Positions 6,106 to 14,270 of a DNA stretch of 26,046 bases are shown one piece after another (positions within the stretch are counted from its first letter, which is position 1; the number at the start of each line of letters is the position of its first letter). The notes below the pieces were generated by a model. That model was given only the letters and a program-made list of their open reading frames with translations, did no database searches and had not been told where the DNA came from. Source of the DNA: a virus (taxonomy: Duplodnaviria; Caudoviricetes); IMG/VR virus record IMGVR_UViG_3300005326_000116, positions 1-26,046 of that record; one strand, given 5' to 3'. The translations under genes were made by a program, and so were the position numbers.

Positions 6106-7644
6106 TTAGTTTAAATAATATCCCCCTGTTGACTCATCACGGGGAATCTGATGTTTCACAATAACCACTCCCGCTTCCTTCCCGAACTTCTTTACCAGCT
6201 TATCAATGGTCACAAGGGACTCTGTGCAGTTCTCCCGTATGTAGGCTAAAACTTCGGTTTCAAGCTCTTCGGAAACAGCTGATGGATCAATGAGCGCGTA
6301 GTAAACGGCAAGCCCTCTGCCTTTTTGTTTGTCCAGTATCATATTGTTTTCGTCCGCCATCACTTCGATCTGCTTAATCGCATCATCTATTTCATACACT
6401 TTTTTGGCCCCTATTAATTTACGGATTTCAGTTTTTGATATTTTTTCGCAGGTCTTCACATGTGAGTACAGCTGATCAATATTCAAATTTCTTTCTTTCA
6501 GTACAAACGCTTTAAACTGATCTCCCCATCTGTCAGTCAGGTTGCAGGCAAGCAGATAATCTTTTGGCATGACTTCAAGTTGATAGGGGTGTTCTAATGC
6601 CGCAATGCAAACAGCCAATCTCATTGCACGCCAGAATCTGTCATATATTTCAGCCTGTATTATTTCGCTGTCAATGTCTGTGGCAATGCCATTGCAGATA
6701 TTCCGGTAATCATTCTGCATTTCTTCGGCTTCTTTACTTACCTTAATTGTCTGGTAAAGGTATCCGTCTTTGCCCTCATGTATTTTGATCGCATCATACA
6801 TATCGCTGAATATTCTTTTCGCCTGAGCTATGGATGAGCGGACTAATTGTTTATCTGAAATCACCTCTTCCGCACTTCTATTAACTCTTTTTAATTTGTT
6901 GTCAAACAAAATATATGATCGTTTTGCTAAACCTGTTCCAAGCACACTTAAAAATCTCTTAAGTAGTTTCTGGTCTTCTGACAGCCTATCGGAAGAGCTA
7001 TGAAGGAACATAGTCAATGGTACATCTTCAACACTATCCCTCCACTCCCCTCCGATTGTATTTGAAGCAGAATTACCTTTACGGTGAATAGTTTTCGCCA
7101 TTGATAATATATCATCAGCCGTTGAATCAATCTCTCCATAATTATCTACAAATTCTTCATTTTTATAATGAATATGCCCCATACCGGCTTGCATTGCCCC
7201 CATACGGTTTTGCTGAAAGCCGACTGATGATCCTCGTTCAAATTCATTCTTGAATCTCTTTGGCTTACCTTCTATTGCAAATCTCTTTTTCATTTCACCT
7301 GTCAGTTTTTTAAGCTCCCTGTCATATTTATCCATTCTTACTTCAAAATTTACAGACTTCATCCTTGCCTGATCATCCAGCAAATCTTTGATTACATCTA
7401 TCAGCGAAAGTGCAGGTTCATCCTTATAAGCTCCTGATTTAGCAAAGTTGAAAGCATAAAGCATCGGGAACTCCCATCCTTTTAATCCTGCAAACTTCAC
7501 CCTGTGCCAGTTCAGAAATCTTGATGATTGCATTAAAACAGTTGCAATCAGACAATCCTCTGAGGCATTCCGGTCGTTAGCGGGGATCATAAAAGATTCA
7601 ATCAGAAATGCTAATTTTGGTGATGTTTTACTGTCAATAATCAT
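6106..7644 (-). CDS. DUF3987-like AAA+ replication protein (helicase-like) with C-terminal winged-helix-like region
   Basis: LYAFNFAKSGAYKD (degenerate P-loop), NEEF (Walker-B position), PLTMFLHSS, GTGLAKR (Arg-finger-like), RAMRLA helix. Confidence 0.6.
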   Translation of the reverse strand: MIIDSKTSPKLAFLIESFMIPANDRNASEDCLIATVLMQSSRFLNWHRVKFAGLKGWEFPMLYAFNFAKSGAYKDEPALSLIDVIKDLLDDQARMKSVNFEVRMDKYDRELKKLTGEMKKRFAIEGKPKRFKNEFERGSSVGFQQNRMGAMQAGMGHIHYKNEEFVDNYGEIDSTADDILSMAKTIHRKGNSASNTIGGEWRDSVEDVPLTMFLHSSSDRLSEDQKLLKRFLSVLGTGLAKRSYILFDNKLKRVNRSAEEVISDKQLVRSSIAQAKRIFSDMYDAIKIHEGKDGYLYQTIKVSKEAEEMQNDYRNICNGIATDIDSEIIQAEIYDRFWRAMRLAVCIAALEHPYQLEVMPKDYLLACNLTDRWGDQFKAFVLKERNLNIDQLYSHVKTCEKISKTEIRKLIGAKKVYEIDDAIKQIEVMADENNMILDKQKGRGLAVYYALIDPSAVSEELETEVLAYIRENCTESLVTIDKLVKKFGKEAGVVIVKHQIPRDESTGGYYLN

Positions 7645-7658
7645 TTACAAACTTAAAA

Positions 7659-7755
7659 GACCGGCTGAAGATTTTATTCTCTTCCCAGAAAACACAAATG
7701 CAGTCAGCCGGTCATCAAAATCTGTAAAAATATTTGTGTTCACTTTTGGGAAGAG
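7659..7755 (-). promoter_or_regulatory. Structured 5' leader with interleaved inverted repeats (attenuator or pseudoknot candidate)
   Basis: GACCGGCTGA 7659-7668 pairs with TCAGCCGGTC 7704-7713. CTCTTCCCAGAA-AACACAAAT 7679-7699 pairs with ATTTGTGTT-cac-TTTTGGGAAGAG 7732-7755. Confidence 0.7.
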
Positions 7756-7770
7756 TTACTTAATGAACAC

Positions 7771-7799
7771 ATTATAAATTAAGAAATTAAGTTTGTTAA
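7771..7799 (-). promoter_or_regulatory. sigma70-like promoter of the replication operon
   Basis: Minus strand TTAACA-N17-TATAAT directly upstream of the structured leader. Confidence 0.6.
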
Positions 7800-8110
7800 A
7801 TGATTGGTGTTTACTGATTTAATTTTTGTGTTCAATTTACTTTTATGAATTAACTTTTCAGCCTTTTTTGAGATGTAAGAGTAAAAGTGAAAAGTATACA
7901 TTTAGCTATTAAGTGTTCAAATATATAAAAAGTGGAAAATAGAATAAAAGTAAAAAATTTGGCGAAAGATGAGTCTATACGTAGTATATATATATATATA
8001 TATATTTTACTTTTACTTTTATTAACTTTTTATAGGGGTATATGGAAATAGGTGGAACCCCCAAATAAGGTGCCTTATAGGCTTTTAGAAAAAGTAAGTG
8101 ATTTTTTGCC
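7800..8110. other. Candidate replication origin
   Basis: Non-coding and AT-rich, between divergent arms. (TA)10 at 7985-8004 flanked by nested inverted repeats and multiple AAAAGT/ACTTTT hexamers. Confidence 0.55.
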
Positions 8111-8145
8111 CCCCCATGCTATACTGATTTTGCATTAAAAAAATC

Positions 8146-8328
8146 ATGAGAAATCATACCGAAGGATTCCATAGGCCTGGGACAAAAAAGAATTCCTTTT
8201 ACCTGGATCAATTGAGTAGGCATTCGGAGCAGGTCGAAGATATGGATTCAGCCATACGGGAAAACAGGAGGGAATCGCGTGATTGGTCAAAGGCCGTTAG
8301 TTTAACTCCCCGATACAGGAATACATGA
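8146..8328 (+). CDS. Hypothetical protein, 60 aa
   Basis: ORF track. Preceded by extended -10 TGCTATACT (8117-8125). ATGA coupling to the next ORF. Confidence 0.55.
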   Translation: MRNHTEGFHRPGTKKNSFYLDQLSRHSEQVEDMDSAIRENRRESRDWSKAVSLTPRYRNT

Positions 8329-8483
8329 TCACCGCAGATGACATCAAAGCATTATCACAGGGCAGGGTCTTACTCAGTCCCGCTATATTTGACCGTCTGA
8401 CGACTGAAATCGGGGCCAAGATACTGACTGATGGGCTGAAAAAGGGGGAAAACATCATAACCATGACTGTAATCGTAAAATAA
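8325..8483 (+). CDS. Small hypothetical protein, 52 aa
   Basis: MITADDIKALSQGRVLLSPAIFDRLTTEIGAKILTDGLKKGENIITMTVIVK. ATGA overlap. Confidence 0.6.
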   Translation: MITADDIKALSQGRVLLSPAIFDRLTTEIGAKILTDGLKKGENIITMTVIVK

Positions 8484-8485
8484 GC

Positions 8486-8513
8486 TTGATTTTTTTGTTC
8501 TGCGGGCTAAAAT
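8486..8513 (+). promoter_or_regulatory. Putative sigma70-like promoter for the packaging/structural arm
   Basis: TTGATT-N16-TAAAAT in the intergenic gap before 8539. Confidence 0.5.
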
Positions 8514-8538
8514 AAGTCTGAACTTAATCAAAAACACC

Positions 8539-8967
8539 ATGATCAAAGTAAAACTCGGCACGTTATGGCAGGCTTCGCAGGCAAGGGGAACGGAGAAGAA
8601 AGGAAAGAAGGAAGTGCCGGGGCTGTCGGTTTTACAGGTTCTTGCGGATTCACCCATGCCAGTGGCGGTTTCTTACCGTATCGGGAAGATTTTTGAGAAG
8701 GTGCAGGCTGAGCTTAAGATTTTCGAGGATAAGAGAATCAGTCTGATCAAGAAACATGCTGTGAAGGGCGAAGACGGCGAGGTCAATCTGAAAAAGGTGG
8801 AATGGAATGATGAGGGACGTGAGGCATTCGGTAAGGATTTTCAGGAGTTACTGGACATTGAAGTCGAATTGGACGCGGAAAAGGTGAAGCTGAGTTTGCT
8901 TGTGAATGTAAGTTTACCGCCCAAAGATGCGGGTTTAGTTGAATGGCTGATTGAGAATGACCTTTAA
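8539..8967 (+). CDS. DUF1617-like phage protein
   Basis: MPVAVSYRIGK...ELKIFEDKRISLIKKHA...FQELLDIEVEL pattern. Confidence 0.65.
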   Translation: MIKVKLGTLWQASQARGTEKKGKKEVPGLSVLQVLADSPMPVAVSYRIGKIFEKVQAELKIFEDKRISLIKKHAVKGEDGEVNLKKVEWNDEGREAFGKDFQELLDIEVELDAEKVKLSLLVNVSLPPKDAGLVEWLIENDL

Positions 8968-9202
8968 AGAACAGCTTATAGCACAGCGTGACAGCTTACA
9001 GGCTCAGATAAGCGCCATTACTTTACTAATTCAAACAATACCAGATGGAAGACCAGACGCCGTTAAACAATCAGAACAGCCAGCCAAACCCGGACTTGCC
9101 CACGAAGGAATCGTTGCCGGAAAGCGGGGCGATTGCACAACCAGTTTCATCAGTGCCGACGCCAGAACCGAGTTTAAGCCCGCGGGGTTCGACGAAGTGT
9201 GA
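8957..9202 (+). CDS. Hypothetical protein
   Basis: ATG 8957 overlaps the end of the previous gene. Amphipathic N-terminal helix. Confidence 0.55.
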   Translation: MTFKEQLIAQRDSLQAQISAITLLIQTIPDGRPDAVKQSEQPAKPGLAHEGIVAGKRGDCTTSFISADARTEFKPAGFDEV

Positions 9203-9221
9203 GTGTGCAACGAATGTTGAG

Positions 9222-9404
9222 ATGGCGGAATTGAATCCTGGTAAGCTGACAATCAACGAATTAGATTTGCTTGACGCAAGACTAAAAAGGCTTGAAGAAA
9301 TAGCTGAGCTTCTTTACTGGACAAAGGAAAAAACTGTTACAACCCCGCACAGTGCCGGGCTTGCCCATAAGCTTGACATGATTTTTAAGTATAAGACGGT
9401 ATGA
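9222..9404 (+). CDS. Hypothetical protein (start 9222, or 9045 with a long overlap)
   Basis: The 3' half of ORF 9045-9404 is protein-like. ATGA coupling to 9401. Confidence 0.6.
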   Translation: MAELNPGKLTINELDLLDARLKRLEEIAELLYWTKEKTVTTPHSAGLAHKLDMIFKYKTV

Positions 9405-9589
9405 AATATTATTTCCATAATGGCTTAATAGCCGGTGAGGATATTTCACAGAAAGAAGTTGAAAGATATAATCATAAATTTGTTACTGTTTTTGGTGAAA
9501 ATGAAAGAGAAAAGCATAAATTGATTGATATAGGGCCGAAAATTGAATATTGTAAAGAATGTGATGTTGAATTTAATATTGTTCCTTAG
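9401..9589 (+). CDS. AT-rich small protein with CxxC, flanked by 12-bp direct repeats
   Basis: ORF track. AGACGGTATGAA at 9394-9405 and 9588-9599. Confidence 0.7.
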   Translation: MKYYFHNGLIAGEDISQKEVERYNHKFVTVFGENEREKHKLIDIGPKIEYCKECDVEFNIVP

Positions 9590-9594
9590 ACGGT

Positions 9595-9735
9595 ATGAAG
9601 AAAGAGGATATACTGAAAGAGCTTGAGAATCCGAAAGGTATTACCGGCTATGAGGCCGCACTTCTCAAACGGCTTGACGCACTGATCGAAGTACTGGCCG
9701 ACATAAGAAACTCGCTGAATAACGGAAAAGAATGA
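9595..9735 (+). CDS. Small hypothetical protein, 46 aa
   Basis: MKKEDILKELENPKGITGYEAALLKRLDALIEVLADIRNSLNNGKE. ATGA overlap with TerS. Confidence 0.7.
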   Translation: MKKEDILKELENPKGITGYEAALLKRLDALIEVLADIRNSLNNGKE

Positions 9736-10067
9736 TGACACCCGAAGAACTGGCAAAGCTGAAAGAAGTCTACCTGATGCACGCTACACATCTTGAGGCC
9801 TGCTATGCTACCGGAATAAGCGAGGAACGGCATAAACAGTGGTATGTCCATGAGGGAGGTAAAGAGATGATTGACCAGTGGATGATCGAGCAGTCATGGG
9901 ATAAGAAGCTCAAGGTCTACGGCAAGGCCGAGAAGATGTTTCTTGAGCCTTCAGACCATAGGGAGGCTGAGGCAGTTTTGAAACGGCATCCGCTGACCAA
10001 AAAGGATTATAGCGACAGGGTGGAGCATGATGTTGAGATAACAGATAAGAGAGTTGTAGTTGATTAA
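9732..10067 (+). CDS. terS: Probable terminase small subunit
   Basis: Directly upstream of TerL. N-terminal HTH-like segment (THLEACYATGISE) and C-terminal beta tail (YSDRVEHDVEI). Confidence 0.7.
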   Translation: MMTPEELAKLKEVYLMHATHLEACYATGISEERHKQWYVHEGGKEMIDQWMIEQSWDKKLKVYGKAEKMFLEPSDHREAEAVLKRHPLTKKDYSDRVEHDVEITDKRVVVD

Positions 10068-10070
10068 CAA

Positions 10071-11456
10071 ATGGAAGATGTTAAATTTTCTTCCCTCGCC
10101 AACTTCCAGCCCAAACAACTGGAAGCTCAGTCCGCGATGGAGAACCATAAATACCTGTTTTACGGTGGAAGCGCGGGAGGAGGCAAGAGTTATTTTTTAA
10201 GATGGGCCGCTTTACGGCTTCTTCTTCGCTACTATGCCAAATACGGAATACAGGGTATAAGGGTAGGGCTTTTTTGCGAGGATTATCCCGCTTTAAGGGA
10301 AAGGCATTTGAGCAAAATACCATTTGAGTTCCCCGCGTGGCTTGGAACTCTGAACAAAAGTGAGCATGAGTTTTCAATCAATCCCAAATTCGGAGGCGGT
10401 GTGATCGCTTTCAGGAATCTTGATGATCCTTCTAAATATCTATCGTCGGAGTTTGCGGCTGAATTTGTTGATGAGCTTACCAAGAACAAGCGTGAGATGT
10501 TTGACTTTCTGAATATGCGTTTACGGTGGCCGGGGATTCCTGATACCAAGTTTGTAGCGGCCAGCAACCCCGGTGAAATAGGTCATGGATGGGTAAAAAA
10601 ACTTTGGATAAGCCGTGATTTCACGGGTGAGGTATTTGACCCTAATGATTTTTGTTTTATAAAATCAAAGTATTCCGATAATAAATTCATTGACCCGTCC
10701 TATGAAAAACAGCTTGATTCATTACCTGAACAGTTAAGGAGGGCTTATAAGGACGGTGATTGGGATATTTTCGCCGGCCAGTTCTTTACTGAGTTCAGAA
10801 CTGAGCTTCATACTTGTAATTCGTTTGAGATACCGAAAGAATGGCCGCGTGTTATAGGTCTTGATTATGGGTATTCAGCTCCGTCCGCCGTATTATGGCT
10901 TGCCTATGATCAGGCGTTCAAAACTTTTTATGTCTATCGCGAGCTTTATGTTAAGGGAAAGACTTACAGTGAACTGGCTAATGAAATAATGAAGGCTGAG
11001 GACAGCGCACGAATGATCATTGCCGACCCTTCCATCTTCGCCAAAAAAGATTCACCAAACAGCGGGGCTATGGAAATGCAGGCAGTACTTAAAGGCTGGA
11101 AGATTTATCCTGGGAATAATGACCGTGTAATCGGATGGGGTGAAGTGCGTGAATATCTGAAAAACTATGAAATAAAAGGTGAAAAGAAAGCTAGGTTAAG
11201 GATATTCACTAACTGTAAAGAACTGATCAGGATTATCCCCGAGCTTGTCTTTGATAATCATAAAACCGAAGATGTGGATTCCGATGGCGAGGATCACCTG
11301 GCCGATGCGGCACGTTATGCGCTTATGTACTATAAGGAAAAACATAAACAGAAAGAGGCGCAGAATTATGATGTCGGGACTAGCTATCTGAATTCTAAAA
11401 CCGACTTTGACGAGGCATTTGAAGACAAAGACGATCCGATATTTACATTTAAGTAA
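10071..11456 (+). CDS. terL: Terminase large subunit
   Basis: Walker A YGGSAGGGKS, Walker B FVDEL, coupling motif ASNPG, nuclease motifs GLDYG and DHLADAARY. Confidence 0.97.
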   Translation: MEDVKFSSLANFQPKQLEAQSAMENHKYLFYGGSAGGGKSYFLRWAALRLLLRYYAKYGIQGIRVGLFCEDYPALRERHLSKIPFEFPAWLGTLNKSEHEFSINPKFGGGVIAFRNLDDPSKYLSSEFAAEFVDELTKNKREMFDFLNMRLRWPGIPDTKFVAASNPGEIGHGWVKKLWISRDFTGEVFDPNDFCFIKSKYSDNKFIDPSYEKQLDSLPEQLRRAYKDGDWDIFAGQFFTEFRTELHTCNSFEIPKEWPRVIGLDYGYSAPSAVLWLAYDQAFKTFYVYRELYVKGKTYSELANEIMKAEDSARMIIADPSIFAKKDSPNSGAMEMQAVLKGWKIYPGNNDRVIGWGEVREYLKNYEIKGEKKARLRIFTNCKELIRIIPELVFDNHKTEDVDSDGEDHLADAARYALMYYKEKHKQKEAQNYDVGTSYLNSKTDFDEAFEDKDDPIFTFK

Positions 11457-11491
11457 AAGGGTTGTACATTTTAGTAAATAATCAAAGAGAA

Positions 11492-13633
11492 ATGGAAATC
11501 AATGCTCTTTCAAAAACCTACTATGAAGTCAATAACAAGGTGAAGTCCGCCGGTACTGATGACTTCTCTAAGTTTGTCGAACGCCGTTTTTATTCAATGG
11601 CATGGGCAAGGAATCAATGGTATCAGAGGGTTCAGAAGACTTTTGAATTATGGGATGTCTTTAAAGACTGGCTGGTAGATGGGGAGAATTTTGATAAGGC
11701 AGTCAGGTTCCCCACACTGCGTGATGTGGCTAAGGCCATTGCCGATGAGATACTTAGGACACCGCCCGAAGCCGCGCTTGAACCGAGGTATGGGGAAAAG
11801 GCTAACCGTGCGCAGGCCCTTGAGTTCAAGATCAAAGAGATCAAGGACAACATCTACGAAAAGCGTGTTCAGGAAGATTGTATCAAGGATATGCTGTTTT
11901 ACGGACGCGGTGTCAGATTCGTCAATTACTTCAGTACAAAGGACAAGAACGGTGATGTCATTTTCGATGATATTGGTACAATCAGGCTAGACCCGCGCAA
12001 CTGCTATTTTGATGAGAAGGGTCGCTACCTCTGGGATCCGAAAAAGGAGGACATCAAGCGTGACGCTATCTTTAAATATGTCTACCCGTATTCATCCTTC
12101 ATGCAGAAGTTCAGCGAAATGGAGGGCGTGGTAAATCTTGATCAGGTGTCAGGCAAAAAGATGAATTTCAGTTCAGATATTGTCTACCCCACCCAAAGGG
12201 AGGCTGATGAACAGGGTGATACGGAAGGGCTGGGGGTAATCGTTTATGTTTACTACAATCAGGAATACGGATTTTACGGTATCGTGGCCAACCATGTGAC
12301 TATTTTACAGCCTGTCGATATTGAGAACCCCGAAAGGCGTATACCGGCTGTCACTTATGATTTCGAGCGCAGGCGTGATAATTCATGGCCCAATTCACTG
12401 GCCGAGATCATAGCCCCGCATATTTACGCTCAGGACACGATTTTCAATCTTGAGTTTATGGGCCTGAAACTCGACCTTATGCCCGCCACGATGGTTGACA
12501 GTGATCTTGGTTATAACCGCAAGGTTCACAAGTTACACCCGAAGGCTGTGTGGGAAATGAGTGTGCCTCCGGGGAAATCATTGCAGAATATGGTCTGGCC
12601 ATTCCAGCGTGCGCAGGGGGATTACAACAAATGGCAGATGATGAATAACTTTGTTGAAAGCCAGATGACCATAACAAGCGGACAGGACAGAAAAGCTTTA
12701 TATCTGAATCCAGGTGAACTTGCCACTCAGACGGCGTTCAAGAATCAGACCATGCAGAAATCGGTCAGTGCGCTTGTCTATTCCAATGAGCTTGAGGCGG
12801 AAGGACAGTTAACCGAGTTGATGGTCATGTATGTTAAGGATTATCTGACCGATCAGATTGAAGTCAGGGTGAATGATAAGCCGACCAAGAAATACAGGAA
12901 GGTCAAAGTCAAAGGATTCAAAGCCAGCCAGCATAATGAAGGGGAGGCCGAGTTTGAACCCTCACAGGGTATTGACACTTATTTTGACCTCACGAAGGAC
13001 GCCGTTGATGTTAATGTGAATGTTCAGGTGAAGGATATGAGGTCAAAGGTCATGTTACAGGAAAGAAAGGTGGCGGGACTCATGCAGTTCCTGCCCGTTG
13101 CCACCAATCTTATTTCGGCGGGTGCTTCGGTTGACCCTGAACTGATACGCAAACTTGATTTTGTCGGTATGATCGAGCAGGGGGCCGAGGCTCTTGATAT
13201 GGATTTGAAAAGGACGATCAAGAATACCGATGACGCCTCTTTCGATCTGATACAGCGTGAACACATGGCCATGCTTCTTACCCTTGATGTTCCGGTTCCA
13301 CAGGATGAATCATTTGAAGGCTCGCTTGAGCATAAGAAACAGCATGAGCGGTTTAAATTCGTGTTCCGCAATAACCACAAGACCGATGAGTATACGGCCT
13401 CATGGAAGTCAATGAATGTCAGTCAGAAAAAGAAGTTTACCGATCACTTCGACGCAACGCTTGAGAATATCAAGGCTAAAATCCTTACCGATAAGTCGGC
13501 CATTGAGGAAGCAAGTCAGCCTCCATTATCGGCTCCGCCGGTTCAGCCCATTCCGGGCGGAGGTGTTCCGTCAGCCGCTTCCAAAGAGCCTGTAACTCCG
13601 GGGGCGGGACGTAATTTATTGCCTAGGGTATGA
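11492..13633 (+). CDS. Portal protein (P22-like)
   Basis: About 713 aa after TerL. DMLFYGRG, RLDPRNCYFD, IPAV, LATQT motifs and a Pro-rich tail. ATG 11492 preferred over TTG 11462. Confidence 0.85.
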   Translation: MEINALSKTYYEVNNKVKSAGTDDFSKFVERRFYSMAWARNQWYQRVQKTFELWDVFKDWLVDGENFDKAVRFPTLRDVAKAIADEILRTPPEAALEPRYGEKANRAQALEFKIKEIKDNIYEKRVQEDCIKDMLFYGRGVRFVNYFSTKDKNGDVIFDDIGTIRLDPRNCYFDEKGRYLWDPKKEDIKRDAIFKYVYPYSSFMQKFSEMEGVVNLDQVSGKKMNFSSDIVYPTQREADEQGDTEGLGVIVYVYYNQEYGFYGIVANHVTILQPVDIENPERRIPAVTYDFERRRDNSWPNSLAEIIAPHIYAQDTIFNLEFMGLKLDLMPATMVDSDLGYNRKVHKLHPKAVWEMSVPPGKSLQNMVWPFQRAQGDYNKWQMMNNFVESQMTITSGQDRKALYLNPGELATQTAFKNQTMQKSVSALVYSNELEAEGQLTELMVMYVKDYLTDQIEVRVNDKPTKKYRKVKVKGFKASQHNEGEAEFEPSQGIDTYFDLTKDAVDVNVNVQVKDMRSKVMLQERKVAGLMQFLPVATNLISAGASVDPELIRKLDFVGMIEQGAEALDMDLKRTIKNTDDASFDLIQREHMAMLLTLDVPVPQDESFEGSLEHKKQHERFKFVFRNNHKTDEYTASWKSMNVSQKKKFTDHFDATLENIKAKILTDKSAIEEASQPPLSAPPVQPIPGGGVPSAASKEPVTPGAGRNLLPRV

Positions 13634-13983
13634 ATTTAATCGAGTTCGCCAAATTACCGCCAGCTAAGGTTAAGGGAATCCCGATGTTCAGGTTTGTCGG
13701 CGGAGGATTCACTGGTGCAATGGGTGCAAGTAAGGTTATGGACACGGAGGATTTGGAGGGAAGACTTGCTAAAGGAATGAAGGATGATGAGATTGAAAAA
13801 CTGGTCGAAACGGAATCAGGAGAGAAACTTGTTGACAAATATATCAATAAAAAGTTTAATGAAGGTAAGCACGTGGAAAGGATGAGCGGAGGAGTATTTA
13901 ACAGAAAACTACCAAATGGAAACTGGTCAAGAAACATCCAATTTGATCCCCACACTGGCCAGCAGTTACCCGAGCAATTATGA
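13630..13983 (+). CDS. Hypothetical protein between portal and scaffold
   Basis: ATGA overlap with the portal gene. Possibly continues in the +1 frame. Confidence 0.75.
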   Translation: MNLIEFAKLPPAKVKGIPMFRFVGGGFTGAMGASKVMDTEDLEGRLAKGMKDDEIEKLVETESGEKLVDKYINKKFNEGKHVERMSGGVFNRKLPNGNWSRNIQFDPHTGQQLPEQL

Positions 13984-14152
13984 ACAGCTTACTATCAAGC
14001 TTATTCTGGAAAATCCGAAACTGAGGGAATTACGGGAGGAAGGGATAAAAGAGAATCTGAAAATGGAAGTCTTCAATGCCAAAGCCAGACTGAAAGAAGT
14101 CAGAAAGGCGGAGCAGGAGGAACCGATAAAGGAACAAAAGGAACAATTCTGA
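13916..14152 (+). CDS. Charged helical ORF, possibly the frameshifted C-terminus of the preceding gene
   Basis: Protein-like from about 13972 (SNYEQLTIKLILENPKLRELREE...). Its own ATG overlaps the upstream gene by 68 nt. Confidence 0.5.
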   Translation: METGQETSNLIPTLASSYPSNYEQLTIKLILENPKLRELREEGIKENLKMEVFNAKARLKEVRKAEQEEPIKEQKEQF

Positions 14153-14163
14153 TCATTAAAAAT

Positions 14164-14238
14164 TAAAGACCCCGGCGAAATGTTTAAGGCTCTTATATGC
14201 CCTAAAACCTCTGCCGGGGTCTTTAGGGCAAATAAGAG
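14164..14238 (+). promoter_or_regulatory. Interleaved inverted repeats upstream of the scaffold/capsid genes
   Basis: TAAAGACCCCGGC 14164-14176 pairs with GCCGGGGTCTTTA 14213-14225 (13/13). CTCTTATATGCCCTAAA 14190-14206 pairs with TTTAGGGCAAATAAGAG 14222-14238 (16/17). Confidence 0.75.
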
Positions 14239-14270
14239 TTTTACACTCTTGCTCTTAACTAACTAAGCAA

